From: an uncultured Alphaproteobacteria bacterium
GTDB taxonomy: Bacteria > Pseudomonadota > Alphaproteobacteria > Rs-D84
Assembly (NCBI GenBank): GCA_944392815.1
Contig: CALXXY010000003.1
Coordinates: forward strand, 32,001 to 96,000
Reading direction: 5' to 3'
Length of the DNA: 64,000 nucleotides
A program made the position numbers and the translations under genes. The notes below the pieces were generated by a model. That model did no database searches. It saw nothing but the letters and a program-made list of their open reading frames with translations, and was not told the origin of the DNA. Below are positions 29,635 to 39,200 of this stretch, one piece after another (the stretch's first letter is position 1; every line of letters begins with the position of its first letter).

Positions 29635-30591
29635 ATGAAAGCATATTTGGATATTTTGGACAACATCATGACCAACGGCCATGATTTACGCATGAACAGA
29701 ACAGGCATTCCAGATATTGGACTGTCTGCGGGCGCAGTATTTGAACACGACATGTCAACAGGGTTCCCATTGGTGACAACCAAAAAAATGGGATTAAAAA
29801 ACATCGCCACCGAATTGGAATTTTTCCTGCGCGGAATCACCGACAAAAAATGGTTGCAGGACAGAAAATGCCACATCTGGGACGAATGGGCAAACCCGGT
29901 CAAGGTCGAGCAAACATACAACATCGCCACCAGTCACCACCCAGAATTATCCGACACAGAACGCACACAACTGCGTAATTCTATTATGGACATGGAACGC
30001 GATTTGGGGCCAATTTACGGATTCCAGTGGCGTCATTTTGGCGGCGAATACCAATGGAACGCAAACCGCATAAACGCAAATCCTATGGACAATTTTGACC
30101 CGAAAAACCCAGGCATAGACCAGGTACAAAATGCCATCGACAAATTGAAAAATAATCCAAATGACCGCAGAATTTTGGTCAGCGCATGGAATCCTGTTGC
30201 CATTCCGCAAATGGCACTGCCGCCATGCCACGTCATGCACCAACTGGTCGTGCGCGATGGAAAATTATCCCTGATATGGACCCAGCGTTCATGCGATATG
30301 TTCCTGGGGGTGCCGTATAACATCGCCAGTTATGCGTTGTTGTTATTGCTGTACGCCAAAGAATCGGGGCTGACCCCTGGCACGTTAAAGGGCGAATTAC
30401 ACGACGCGCACATATACAAAAATCATATTCCCCAGGTTCGTGAACAATTAAAGCGCACCCCATACCCGTTGCCGACGGTTGAAATTCCAAATGAAAATTG
30501 GCGCGGAATGTTGAATTGGTCGGCAAACGGCGGATTCACGTTAAAAGATTACATTTGTCACGAAAAATTACGTGGCGACGTTGCGCGATAA
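29635..30591 (+). CDS. thyA: Thymidylate synthase
   Basis: NRTG, FPLVTTKK, IWDEW, LGPIYGFQWRH, MALPPCH, QRSCDMFLGVPYNIASY, HIYKNH. Confidence 0.97.
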   Translation: MKAYLDILDNIMTNGHDLRMNRTGIPDIGLSAGAVFEHDMSTGFPLVTTKKMGLKNIATELEFFLRGITDKKWLQDRKCHIWDEWANPVKVEQTYNIATSHHPELSDTERTQLRNSIMDMERDLGPIYGFQWRHFGGEYQWNANRINANPMDNFDPKNPGIDQVQNAIDKLKNNPNDRRILVSAWNPVAIPQMALPPCHVMHQLVVRDGKLSLIWTQRSCDMFLGVPYNIASYALLLLLYAKESGLTPGTLKGELHDAHIYKNHIPQVREQLKRTPYPLPTVEIPNENWRGMLNWSANGGFTLKDYICHEKLRGDVAR

Positions 30592-30666
30592 AAAACATTG
30601 ACATATGTCCCCACAGTGCTATAAAAATATGCGGTAAAAATTTTATTAACACTGGGGGTGACATAT

Positions 30667-31152
30667 ATGGAAACCAAATTAATGCCTATATTCGCATTGC
30701 GTGCCATGTTGCTGCAACAGGTCAGCCCACAATGTTTTGCGCGCAATCACGATTTAATCACACGCACATCTCTGGCGGCCCAGGACTATGTTCGTTCGGG
30801 TAAATTTTACGAATACGATCGTCGCACAGGCCACGCATTCAAACAATTACCGGGCTATATTGCCGTACATAAACGTTATAACATACCATATAATCCAACG
30901 TCGTCCCAATTGGGGCTGTCCACTGTTAACCCAGGCCTGGTTATGGATTTGGCATGGGCATTGAATTCAGACATGTTGGCAAACATAGTTGACCACAACG
31001 GCAACATAATTGCCCCCGACCGCCTGTTTTCATCAGAAGTCCTGCGTGTATATCACAATTCAAACGCATATGGCGTGCCAATTGACGCATTCAACGCGAT
31101 TCAGCGTCCCCAACGCACCGCCATGTTGTCGAAATTGCAACGCACAAAATAA
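30667..31152 (+). CDS. Hypothetical protein
   Basis: Own promoter (TTGACA at 30598), GGGGTG RBS, terminator 31151-31179; no recognised motif. Confidence 0.7.
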   Translation: METKLMPIFALRAMLLQQVSPQCFARNHDLITRTSLAAQDYVRSGKFYEYDRRTGHAFKQLPGYIAVHKRYNIPYNPTSSQLGLSTVNPGLVMDLAWALNSDMLANIVDHNGNIIAPDRLFSSEVLRVYHNSNAYGVPIDAFNAIQRPQRTAMLSKLQRTK

Positions 31153-31239
31153 AAAAATCCGGCCCCGCCGGATTTTTTTATTCACCTGTTGAAAAATTCA
31201 CCAAAACACGATACAGTACTCTCGCAAGGGGGCAAACAC

Positions 31240-31698
31240 ATGAAAAAATTTTTATTTGTATGCCTGGCGGCGGTGGTATTGACCGCATGCGGGGCAAATT
31301 TAAACAACGACAGATACGAAACATCTGGCACGGGTCACGTTAACACCGTGTCCCAGGGCGTAATCATAAACGCCCGCCCGGTCACCATCGCCACCGAAAA
31401 TGGCGAAGTGGGACAACTGGCCGGTGGCATAGTCGGCGGCGTTGCCGGCAGTATGGTCAGCGACAACACCCTGGCACAAACAATCGGCGCGGTTGGCGGG
31501 GCTGTTTTGGGCGGATACCTGGGCGGCAAAGCGCAACAGGGTCTGTCCACCCAGGGCGGCATGGAATACATAGTCAAACTGGATTCCGGCAAATCCATCA
31601 CATTAACCCAGGGTGACGACGAAATATTTTCGGTCGGTCAACATGTATACGTTTTGGACGCGGACTATGACGAACGCGCCCGCATAATTGCACAGTAA
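31240..31698 (+). CDS. SlyB/Pcp-like outer-membrane lipoprotein (glycine zipper 2TM)
   Basis: Lipobox LTA-C; GGIVGGVAGS...GAVGGAVLGGYLG; GMEYIVKLDSG..ITLTQ. Confidence 0.88.
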   Translation: MKKFLFVCLAAVVLTACGANLNNDRYETSGTGHVNTVSQGVIINARPVTIATENGEVGQLAGGIVGGVAGSMVSDNTLAQTIGAVGGAVLGGYLGGKAQQGLSTQGGMEYIVKLDSGKSITLTQGDDEIFSVGQHVYVLDADYDERARIIAQ

Positions 31699-31732
31699 AA
31701 AATGGTGCCACGGCACCATTTTTTATAATTGC

Positions 31733-31761
31733 TTGCTTTTTCTAAATTTTTCATCTATAAT
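31733..31761 (+). promoter_or_regulatory. sigma70 promoter of rpsA
   Basis: TTGCTT-N17-TATAAT. Confidence 0.7.
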
Positions 31762-31853
31762 GGCCGCAGTTTCGCGGGTGGGCGCGGAACTGGTCCGATT
31801 AACCCCACAAGTCCTCGCATTTTTTCTATAACACATGCGACGGCCAACTTTGT

Positions 31854-33554
31854 ATGAACTTTTTTATGAAAGATTTATCCAAAGATTTATTTAATCCATT
31901 ATCCGGCGAAGATTTCGTCCAAATGTTTGATAAAAACTATGGTTCCCAGGAGACTTTGCAGGGTTATGCAACCAAGGGCACAGTCAAAGACATTCGCGGT
32001 GATTTCGCGATGGTTGACGTTGGCCTGAAATCCGAGGGCCGCGTTCCATTAAAAGAATTCGGCGCATCTGTACCATCTGTGGGCGACATCATTGACGTTT
32101 TTGTTGAACGCTATGAATCGCGCGAGGGGACTGCCGTTCTGTCCTATACCAAGGCCCGTGCAGAAAAAGCATGGAAAGAATTGGAAAAAACAGTCGCCGA
32201 AGGTATCGATCCCGAGGGCACAATCATCGACGTTGTTCGTGGCGGCTATACCGTCGACATCAACGGCGTATTTGCATTTATGCCATCGTCCCAGGTTGAT
32301 CACAAACCTGTACGCGATCCGAAATCTTTGATTGGATTAAAAGATAAATTCCGCGTATTGAAAATGGACGCGCTGCGCACGAACGCGATTGTTTCCCGCC
32401 GCGCTATCCAGGCCGACACGATTGCCGCCGCCCAACGCGAAGCGATGAAAAACATTTCATTGGGCGCCGTTATCGAAGGCACAGTCAAAAACATCACCGA
32501 CTATGGTGTGTTTGTTGATTTGGGCGGAATTGATGGTTTATTGCACGTCACAGATTTGTCGTGGAAACGTGTTAATCACCCACGCGAATTGGTGCACGTC
32601 GGCCAGAAAATCAAAGTCAAAGTTATCCAATTCGATCCTGAATCCCATCGTATTTCGTTGGGTGCCAAACAATTGGAAGAAGACCCATGGGAAAATGCGT
32701 CCCGTGCATTTAATGTCGGCGACACAGTTTCCGGCAAAGTGTCATCTTTGACTGATTATGGTGCATTCATTGATCTGGGCAATAATATCGAAGGCCTGGT
32801 TCATATGTCCGAGTTATCATGGACAAACAAAAACATTCACCCCAGCAAAGTTTTGCAAGTGGGCCAGGAAATCAATGTTGTTGTTTTGGGCATTGACCAG
32901 GAAAAACGCCGTATTTCGTTGGGTTATAAACAACTGCAACCAAATCCATGGAAACAGTTTGCAGAAACACACAACGTTGGCGACGTTGTCACCGGTCCGA
33001 TTAAAAACACAACTGAATTCGGTTTGTTTGTGGCGTTAACGCCTGAATTGGACGGTATGGTTCACATTTCCGATTTGTCGTGGAACAAACTGGACGAAGA
33101 AGAATTGAAAAAATTCGTCCGTGGCCAGGAAGTGACCGCGAAAATCTTGGACATCAACCCAGAAAAAGAACGTATCACATTGGGTATCAAACAGTTGACG
33201 GAAAGCGCAGAAAACAACAGTGCTTCGTTGAAAAAGGGCGCCGTTGTTTCCGGTACTGTATCGGAAATCACACCAGACGAATTGATTTTGGCATTGCCGA
33301 ATGATATCCGCGGTGTTATTCGCCGCACAGACCTGTCGCGCGAAAAATCCGAACAGGATACCAATAAATTCAAGGTTGGTGACACAGTCGAGGCATCAGT
33401 CGTATCCGTCGACAACAATGTTGTCAAACTGTCTATCCGCGCATTACAAGTGACGCTGGAAAAACAGGCGGTCAAAGAATACGCTAACCAGGCCGACAGC
33501 GGTTCTGTGCTGGGCGATATTCTGGGTGCAGCGATTGAAAACAGCAAAAAATAA
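31854..33554 (+). CDS. rpsA: 30S ribosomal protein S1
   Basis: Six S1 repeats (VDVGLKSEG, VKNITDYGVFVDLGGIDGLLHVTDLSW, EGLVHMSELSW); start may be 31866. Confidence 0.97.
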   Translation: MNFFMKDLSKDLFNPLSGEDFVQMFDKNYGSQETLQGYATKGTVKDIRGDFAMVDVGLKSEGRVPLKEFGASVPSVGDIIDVFVERYESREGTAVLSYTKARAEKAWKELEKTVAEGIDPEGTIIDVVRGGYTVDINGVFAFMPSSQVDHKPVRDPKSLIGLKDKFRVLKMDALRTNAIVSRRAIQADTIAAAQREAMKNISLGAVIEGTVKNITDYGVFVDLGGIDGLLHVTDLSWKRVNHPRELVHVGQKIKVKVIQFDPESHRISLGAKQLEEDPWENASRAFNVGDTVSGKVSSLTDYGAFIDLGNNIEGLVHMSELSWTNKNIHPSKVLQVGQEINVVVLGIDQEKRRISLGYKQLQPNPWKQFAETHNVGDVVTGPIKNTTEFGLFVALTPELDGMVHISDLSWNKLDEEELKKFVRGQEVTAKILDINPEKERITLGIKQLTESAENNSASLKKGAVVSGTVSEITPDELILALPNDIRGVIRRTDLSREKSEQDTNKFKVGDTVEASVVSVDNNVVKLSIRALQVTLEKQAVKEYANQADSGSVLGDILGAAIENSKK

Positions 33555-33631
33555 TCTGAGATATTTTTTCAGATTATTAAAACGGAATCCGGCACTTGCC
33601 GGGTTCTGTTTTTTATGGTATAATCCCCAAC

Positions 33632-34186
33632 ATGAAACAGATGATTATCCTGATGGGCGGTCAGGGCGTAGGCAAGGGCACATTTGCACGCATGCTGCGC
33701 GAACGCCACAATTATGCATACATAGAAACGGGCAAAATGCTGCGCGACGCGGCGGCAACCGACAAAACAATCGGCGACATTATGGCACGCGGTGAACTGT
33801 TGCCATTTGAAATGCTGGCAAAACTGGTTGCGGATAATATCCCCACCGACACAGACGTGTTAATGGACGGTTTTCCCCGCACATTGCCCCAGGCCCAATG
33901 GTTGGTTGAAAACTATGCCGATAAATTTGACGTCCGCGTGATATACCTGAATGTCCCCGAAGAAATCATGATTGCGCGCATTCAAAAACGCATACGCGAG
34001 GGGGGCGGTCGTGCCGACGACGCTGACGCAGCCGCCGTGCGCAAACGTCTGGACATTTTTCAGTCGGAAACAATGCCGGCAATTGATTGGCTGCGCACAG
34101 TTCCCAACATATGTTTCGCAGATGTTGATGTATCGGGCGCGGTTGATGATAATTTCAAAAACATATTAACTGCATTGGAAAAATAA
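33632..34186 (+). CDS. adk: Adenylate kinase family NMP kinase (short LID)
   Basis: GGQGVGKGT, TGKMLR, DGFPRTLPQA, RADD. Confidence 0.88.
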   Translation: MKQMIILMGGQGVGKGTFARMLRERHNYAYIETGKMLRDAAATDKTIGDIMARGELLPFEMLAKLVADNIPTDTDVLMDGFPRTLPQAQWLVENYADKFDVRVIYLNVPEEIMIARIQKRIREGGGRADDADAAAVRKRLDIFQSETMPAIDWLRTVPNICFADVDVSGAVDDNFKNILTALEK

Positions 34187-34211
34187 AAAAATCGCCATTT
34201 GGCGATTTTTT
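34186..34211. terminator. Bidirectional terminator adk/corA
   Basis: AAAAAAATCGCCA-TT-TGGCGATTTTTT. Confidence 0.75.
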
Positions 34212-35095
34212 TATACCACGCGCTGGCGTATAACACTGAACAGCGCAAATCCAATTAACAATATCATAATTAAAACAAATATCACCATGGACGTTTGTTC
34301 ACTGTCTGCAAATGGCAAAGCCATATTCATGCCGTAATATCCAACTATCACGGTCGGCACCACCAAAATAATATTCCACATAGTCAGCCGATTAATATAC
34401 ATATTTGAATCCATGTTAATAACGCTTTCGAACGTTTCTTTGATGGATTTCAACATTTTGCTGTACGACGTGACAACTTCTATACCCTGGGATAATTCGA
34501 TACGTGCGTCTTCGGTTAATTCGCGCGCTTCTTCTGTTTTAACGAATCCGCGAACCTTTTCCAATTTATCCAACACAGCAACATTTCCCTTCAGCCCGGC
34601 CATATACAGGGTATAACTGTTTTCAACCTCTAACAGTGCCATCAGTTCGTTTTTACGCACCCGTTCCTGCAAAACCCGTTTGGACGCCAACACGCGCTTG
34701 TTTAATTCCTTTAAAAACCGCAGGTACGATTCGGCGATATAGTAAATAATGTTCAAAACAAATTCTTCGCGCGACGTTTTTTCGTCCCGTTTGATTCTGT
34801 CCAGCAAATCACAACGCTTGCGACACACAGTAATAACACGATTTGCCGAATAAATTATAGACAGCGGTTCAGTATGCCACAACGTATCAGTTTCGCGATT
34901 TATAATTGGGAAACGCACGATGATAACCTTGTAATCATCTTCGACTTCGAATCGTGGCTGTTCATCAGGATCCAAAATATCTGAAATAGTATCCTGGTCA
35001 ATTTTATATTCACTTTGCAGACGTTCAAAATCTTCGTGATCGGGATTTCCAACATTCACCCATGAAAAACTTTTTAATTTTTCAGTCACAAACAT
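34211..35095 (-). CDS. corA: CorA-family Mg2+ transporter
   Basis: ILDPDEQPRFE, two C-terminal TM helices with PT..VGYYGMN. Confidence 0.9.
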   Translation of the reverse strand: MFVTEKLKSFSWVNVGNPDHEDFERLQSEYKIDQDTISDILDPDEQPRFEVEDDYKVIIVRFPIINRETDTLWHTEPLSIIYSANRVITVCRKRCDLLDRIKRDEKTSREEFVLNIIYYIAESYLRFLKELNKRVLASKRVLQERVRKNELMALLEVENSYTLYMAGLKGNVAVLDKLEKVRGFVKTEEARELTEDARIELSQGIEVVTSYSKMLKSIKETFESVINMDSNMYINRLTMWNIILVVPTVIVGYYGMNMALPFADSEQTSMVIFVLIMILLIGFALFSVIRQRVV

Positions 35096-35124
35096 TGCGC
35101 ACCCCCAACGAATAAAAAAATTCA

Positions 35125-35356
35125 ACTCGCCACACTACGTTAAAACTTCGTGTGGCACTCCTTTGCGTTAAACGTTCCGCTTCGGCTTGCCACCCGAAGC
35201 GTCACGGACGCAAAGGGTGGTCGGGGCGACAGGAATCCCTCGCACGGTGCCTGGGCACCGGCTGCGGGGCATTCGTGACGATTTGGCCACACTACGTTTG
35301 CCAAATCTACTCATTGTCGAACCACGGCATGCATTGCATGCAACGCCGATTTCGTT
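35125..35356 (-). repeat. tRNA-Pro-linked repeat region with nested hairpins
   Basis: 35218-35237 identical to tRNA-Pro 3' 20 nt; TCGAACC resumes at 35317; GCCACACTACGTT occurs twice. Confidence 0.75.
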
Positions 35357-35414
35357 ATACCCACAAACATGAATAAAAATAACATCTCTCTGCGATTGAT
35401 ATTATTTTTATTCA

Positions 35415-35491
35415 TGGTCGGGGCGACAGGAATCGAACCTGCGACCCCTTGCACCCCATGCAAGTACTCTACCAGGCTGAGCTACGCCCCG
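35415..35491 (-). tRNA. tRNA-Pro(GGG)
   Basis: CGGGGCG TAGCTCAGCCTGGTAGAG...CTTGC-ATGGGGT-GCAAG...GGTTCGATTCC...CGCCCCG-ACCA, 77 nt. Confidence 0.96.
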
Positions 35492-35612
35492 ACGTACGCA
35501 TATTTATACAATTCCCACGCAGTAAAAGCAAGTATATTTTATGCTTGCACGAATCGGAAAAAAGTTATTAGTATTCGGCATATCAATATTAATAACACCA
35601 GGGAGTAAATCC

Positions 35613-35990
35613 GTGATAGCAGGTATTGGAATTGATTTGGTCGAATGCGACAGATTTCTGGATTGGTCTGCATTCAAAAAACAGCGTATATTTACAAAAA
35701 AAGAATTGGAATATGCCGACAATGACAATGCCAATTCTGAAAAACATCTGGCAAATTTCTGGGCCGCGCGCGAGGCATGCTTAAAAGCACTCGGCACAGG
35801 TTTCGGTGACGACATCGGATTTTCAGACGTATCGGTCACCCACAACGACGCGGGTCGGCCAGAATTATTAATAACCGGCGGGGCCAAGGCCGCGTTAAAG
35901 GAATTAGCCGGCCCCAACGCGTCAGTATTTTTGTCCATCACTGACCAGGAGGATTATTCCGCCGCGATGGTTGTAATTGAACGCCAATAA
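35613..35990 (+). CDS. acpS: Holo-[acyl-carrier-protein] synthase
   Basis: GTG after GGAG; GIGIDLVE, FWAAREACLKALGTG, GRP, LSITD..DYSAAMV. Confidence 0.92.
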   Translation: MIAGIGIDLVECDRFLDWSAFKKQRIFTKKELEYADNDNANSEKHLANFWAAREACLKALGTGFGDDIGFSDVSVTHNDAGRPELLITGGAKAALKELAGPNASVFLSITDQEDYSAAMVVIERQ

Positions 35991-36018
35991 AAAATCCGCC
36001 ACCCGGCGGATTTTTATT
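35988..36018. terminator. Bidirectional terminator
   Basis: TAAAAAATCCGCC-ACCC-GGCGGATTTTTA. Confidence 0.8.
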
Positions 36019-36418
36019 ATGGCTGATATCTGCAATCCTGATCATATACAAACGTGCCACTGGGTTCAATAAACGGGTCATTGGATTGCGCATAGCAGGC
36101 GGCAATGCCGTTTATGCCCGTTCTGGAATGAACCACAACAAATGGATTCCCAACAATCACAGGCACAGTCCCCGGAATTTCGAATCCGATCTCGCCATTA
36201 ACCCCGGCACCCAGGCAACAACTGATTGTCGTGCCTTCGTGCCCAACCCTCACACTATATCCGGCATATCCGGACGTGTTGGGTATTGCGGCAACAGTTT
36301 CTGTAAAGTTTCCATTTGTACCGCATTTATATATTGTGCCACACGGTTCGGGGAATGGGATCGCCACCGCCCCATGTGATATGTCGCGTTGGGGCAGTGG
36401 TATACGAACGGTGAAATA
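36017..36418 (-). pseudogene. 5'-truncated Cys-rich ORF, probable distant member of the gene-B family
   Basis: Frame open 36418 to 36017 with no ATG or signal peptide (GTG at 36367); C-terminus CY...FIEPSGTFVYDQDC resembles CIMY...YTDTTGIYEFEQPC; abuts repeat at 36423. Confidence 0.5.
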
Positions 36419-36422
36419 TCAG

Positions 36423-36790
36423 AATGCCCACCGCCGACCGGGCCCCGCGCAAACATAGTTTGCGTGGGTGGTTCCAGGGCGGGGGGGGGGGTGACGGTCG
36501 TCAGACCGTCGGGGGGTGGGGCACAATGACCACCCCGTCGCGCAAAGCGTGGCGATCCAGTAAATAAAAAAGTACTGCGGGCGAACGCCCGCAGACATAT
36601 TGCACTGGATTGCCACAGTCGTACGCCAACGTTTTCAACGTTGATCGTACTCCTTCGCAATGACAGGAGCAGAGTGGACATTATCTACACTCTATACTCT
36701 ACACTCTTCACTCTATTATTCCCGCACCAGCGGGAATAATATAACTCTCCACTCTATTATTGTCACGCTGTGCGTGACAATAATATCACT
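36423..36790. repeat. Mosaic palindromic repeat, locus 2 (module X, module Z, heptamers plus two palindromes)
   Basis: 36423-36536 matches 16150-16263; 36542-36665 near-identical to 59249-59371. Confidence 0.92.
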
Positions 36791-36803
36791 CTGCGCGGGA
36801 AAT

Positions 36804-39170
36804 TTATATCAATGGCGGGAAACAATCGCCCCCTGATTGTGGGCAACAATTAAATCCCATGTCGCCCATATCTGTATAAATCTCGCCTGGGCAACAGCCA
36901 TTCACATCGGGCGCACTGCCGTCTGGACACGCCGGCAAATTTGATGGAACTTCTTCCTGCCACACAACGGACGTCACCGATTGCGGCACGTATTCATCAT
37001 TGGTCGCAACTGCGCCACCGCCAACATTCGTGGTCGCACCCGCCGTCACCACAGACGGCCCAGTCGTATCCACAGCCACCATATTTTCATTACGCAACGT
37101 TTCCGTATCGTAATTCGAATCGGCAACGAACATATTTTCATTCTGTGATACGTTGTACGCGGGCTTGCTGGCCAAAATATCCTCTTCGGATTCCACAACA
37201 ACTGATTCGGGTTCGCTGACCGGCACAGGCGGTGTCACATTCACCGATTCGATAACAACATCAGCGTCCTGGACAGGTTGCGGTTCCAACACAACCGTTT
37301 CCGGTTCGGGCTGCGCCACAGGTTCCGGTTCACTGACCGGCACAGGCACAGGTTCTGGTTCGGGCTGTGCCACAGGTTCCGGCTCGTCTACAACGGGCGC
37401 CGGCACTTCGACAACAGCGGGCTCGACCACCGGGGCGGGCGTTTCAATTTCAGGTATAAACGGACTGTCGGCCGCATCACCGCTTTCATCAGTCGCGACA
37501 TCAGCCACCTGGGCTGTTGGCACCGTTGTGGTTAAATCGGGCACCTGGTCATTGGTATTACGCTGATACAGCCACAATGTAAATATCGACAACCCGATCA
37601 ATAATATCAACAACAGATAATACACAAACGTCGGCTTGCGCGGGGCAGGATTTGTCGGCGCAGCGGTCCCCGTTATTGGCGACACAGGGCGGGGTGCATT
37701 CGCACCGGCGGGTGCATTTACCGCCGGTGACACCGGTCGCGCCGCGGCACTGGCCGCTGGGGCGGGTGTCGGCATCGGATTTTGCATTCCCGCATTATTC
37801 CCGGGCGCCGCCACACTATCGTCCGCAACCGGCGGCACCGGGGCGGGACGTACAGGTTGTGCGGGTTGAACTGGCTGTACAGGTTCAGTCGTATTCGCCC
37901 CCATTAATTCAGAATCCAATTGAACATTTGAATCCACATCATTCGGCTGGGGAATATCAACCGACGTAATCGTATCCAACACAGGCGCAGATTGTGGCAC
38001 AGTGGGCGCAACATCGTCGTTCGTCACAGGCGTCACATTTATTGGTGCACTATCCCCAACCGGGGCGGGCGCCGCCGCGGGTTCAGATTGCGTTGGTGGC
38101 GTAAACGACAACGGTTTTTCATCAATCACACTGTCATACAAATCATCAGTCGACTGACCAGAATTTTCCACAGGACTGGACACACCGAATTCAATCGGTT
38201 TAAACGCGATATCTTCGTCCATTATATCTGGATTTTTGTCGAACAAAGGTTGTACTTCGTCATTTTTCATTGTTTCGTCGGCCATATTTTCCGCCTTTGG
38301 TTCTGCTGTATTAAATTCAATTTCTTTGTCATATGTTATATCAGCGACGTCATTGTCATCATCAACATCGTCCACGTCATCATCATACGAAATATTATAC
38401 GACGTCACCACAGGTGCGTCCACAGATTCCGCCGGCATAACAACATTTTTCGCCGGCGCCACATTTGCGACCATGGTCGCGTCACTGGTTGCGGGGCGGG
38501 CCAAAATCTCGCGCGCGGCGGCGGCATCTTCATCAGCCACTATCAAACGCCGTTGTGCATTGGATAAACGTTTTTTCGCGCGACGCAATTTTTCATTTGT
38601 CGCATCAATTTGTGCATCTGTCCGTAAAATTTTCGACGCAGATTGTTTTGTCGGCTCGCGCCCAACTTTCTTTTTTTGCTGTGATAACTGTGCCCGCAAA
38701 GAACGCAATTTGACCTGTAATTCATCGATAGTTTCACGCGCACGGGTAATGGTTTCGCGCGCCCGGTCAGCATTCGATTCCGCCATAGCCAACCGTTCAG
38801 CCGCAGCGCGCCGGACTGAATCCTCGCGAAAATGGGTTAATGCAACCAGCGCATCGGACAAATCAGCCCCATTTTCATACGCACGAATTAAATCGTCGTA
38901 TTCCGACAGCCCGCTGTATTCAATATCCAACTTTTGATATTTATTATTTTTCTTTGGCCGCACAGTTTCCAAATCAACCCCATAATCATTGGCCAAAATA
39001 TCGTCCCATTTGCGATCACCCACGGGATTAATCACCAACAACGCGTTAGGTTTGCGATTATCAACGGTATTATCCAACACGAACACCAATTTACCGTCCG
39101 CGTCATAATACGCCCGCAGCGCATTTCCGCCGATATTATATTCCCTGAATGTTAAAACAGAATTATCCAT
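36804..39170 (-). CDS. Hypothetical bitopic membrane protein (coiled coil, acidic/Pro-rich linkers, C-terminal Cys cluster)
   Basis: 788 aa; GAGGG RBS; single TM FVYYLLLILLIGLSIFTLWLY; ends CPDG...GCCPGE...NCCP...DCFPP. Confidence 0.85.
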   Translation of the reverse strand: MDNSVLTFREYNIGGNALRAYYDADGKLVFVLDNTVDNRKPNALLVINPVGDRKWDDILANDYGVDLETVRPKKNNKYQKLDIEYSGLSEYDDLIRAYENGADLSDALVALTHFREDSVRRAAAERLAMAESNADRARETITRARETIDELQVKLRSLRAQLSQQKKKVGREPTKQSASKILRTDAQIDATNEKLRRAKKRLSNAQRRLIVADEDAAAAREILARPATSDATMVANVAPAKNVVMPAESVDAPVVTSYNISYDDDVDDVDDDNDVADITYDKEIEFNTAEPKAENMADETMKNDEVQPLFDKNPDIMDEDIAFKPIEFGVSSPVENSGQSTDDLYDSVIDEKPLSFTPPTQSEPAAAPAPVGDSAPINVTPVTNDDVAPTVPQSAPVLDTITSVDIPQPNDVDSNVQLDSELMGANTTEPVQPVQPAQPVRPAPVPPVADDSVAAPGNNAGMQNPMPTPAPAASAAARPVSPAVNAPAGANAPRPVSPITGTAAPTNPAPRKPTFVYYLLLILLIGLSIFTLWLYQRNTNDQVPDLTTTVPTAQVADVATDESGDAADSPFIPEIETPAPVVEPAVVEVPAPVVDEPEPVAQPEPEPVPVPVSEPEPVAQPEPETVVLEPQPVQDADVVIESVNVTPPVPVSEPESVVVESEEDILASKPAYNVSQNENMFVADSNYDTETLRNENMVAVDTTGPSVVTAGATTNVGGGAVATNDEYVPQSVTSVVWQEEVPSNLPACPDGSAPDVNGCCPGEIYTDMGDMGFNCCPQSGGDCFPPLI

Positions 39171-39200
39171 TTTTCCCTCTCGCTTTGCGTGCGCCCAATT

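Noticed and set aside
35100-35360. M-box (ykoK) Mg2+ riboswitch upstream of corA
   Set aside because: M-box consensus not recognised and much of the region is explained by the tRNA-Pro duplicate; not excluded without cmscan
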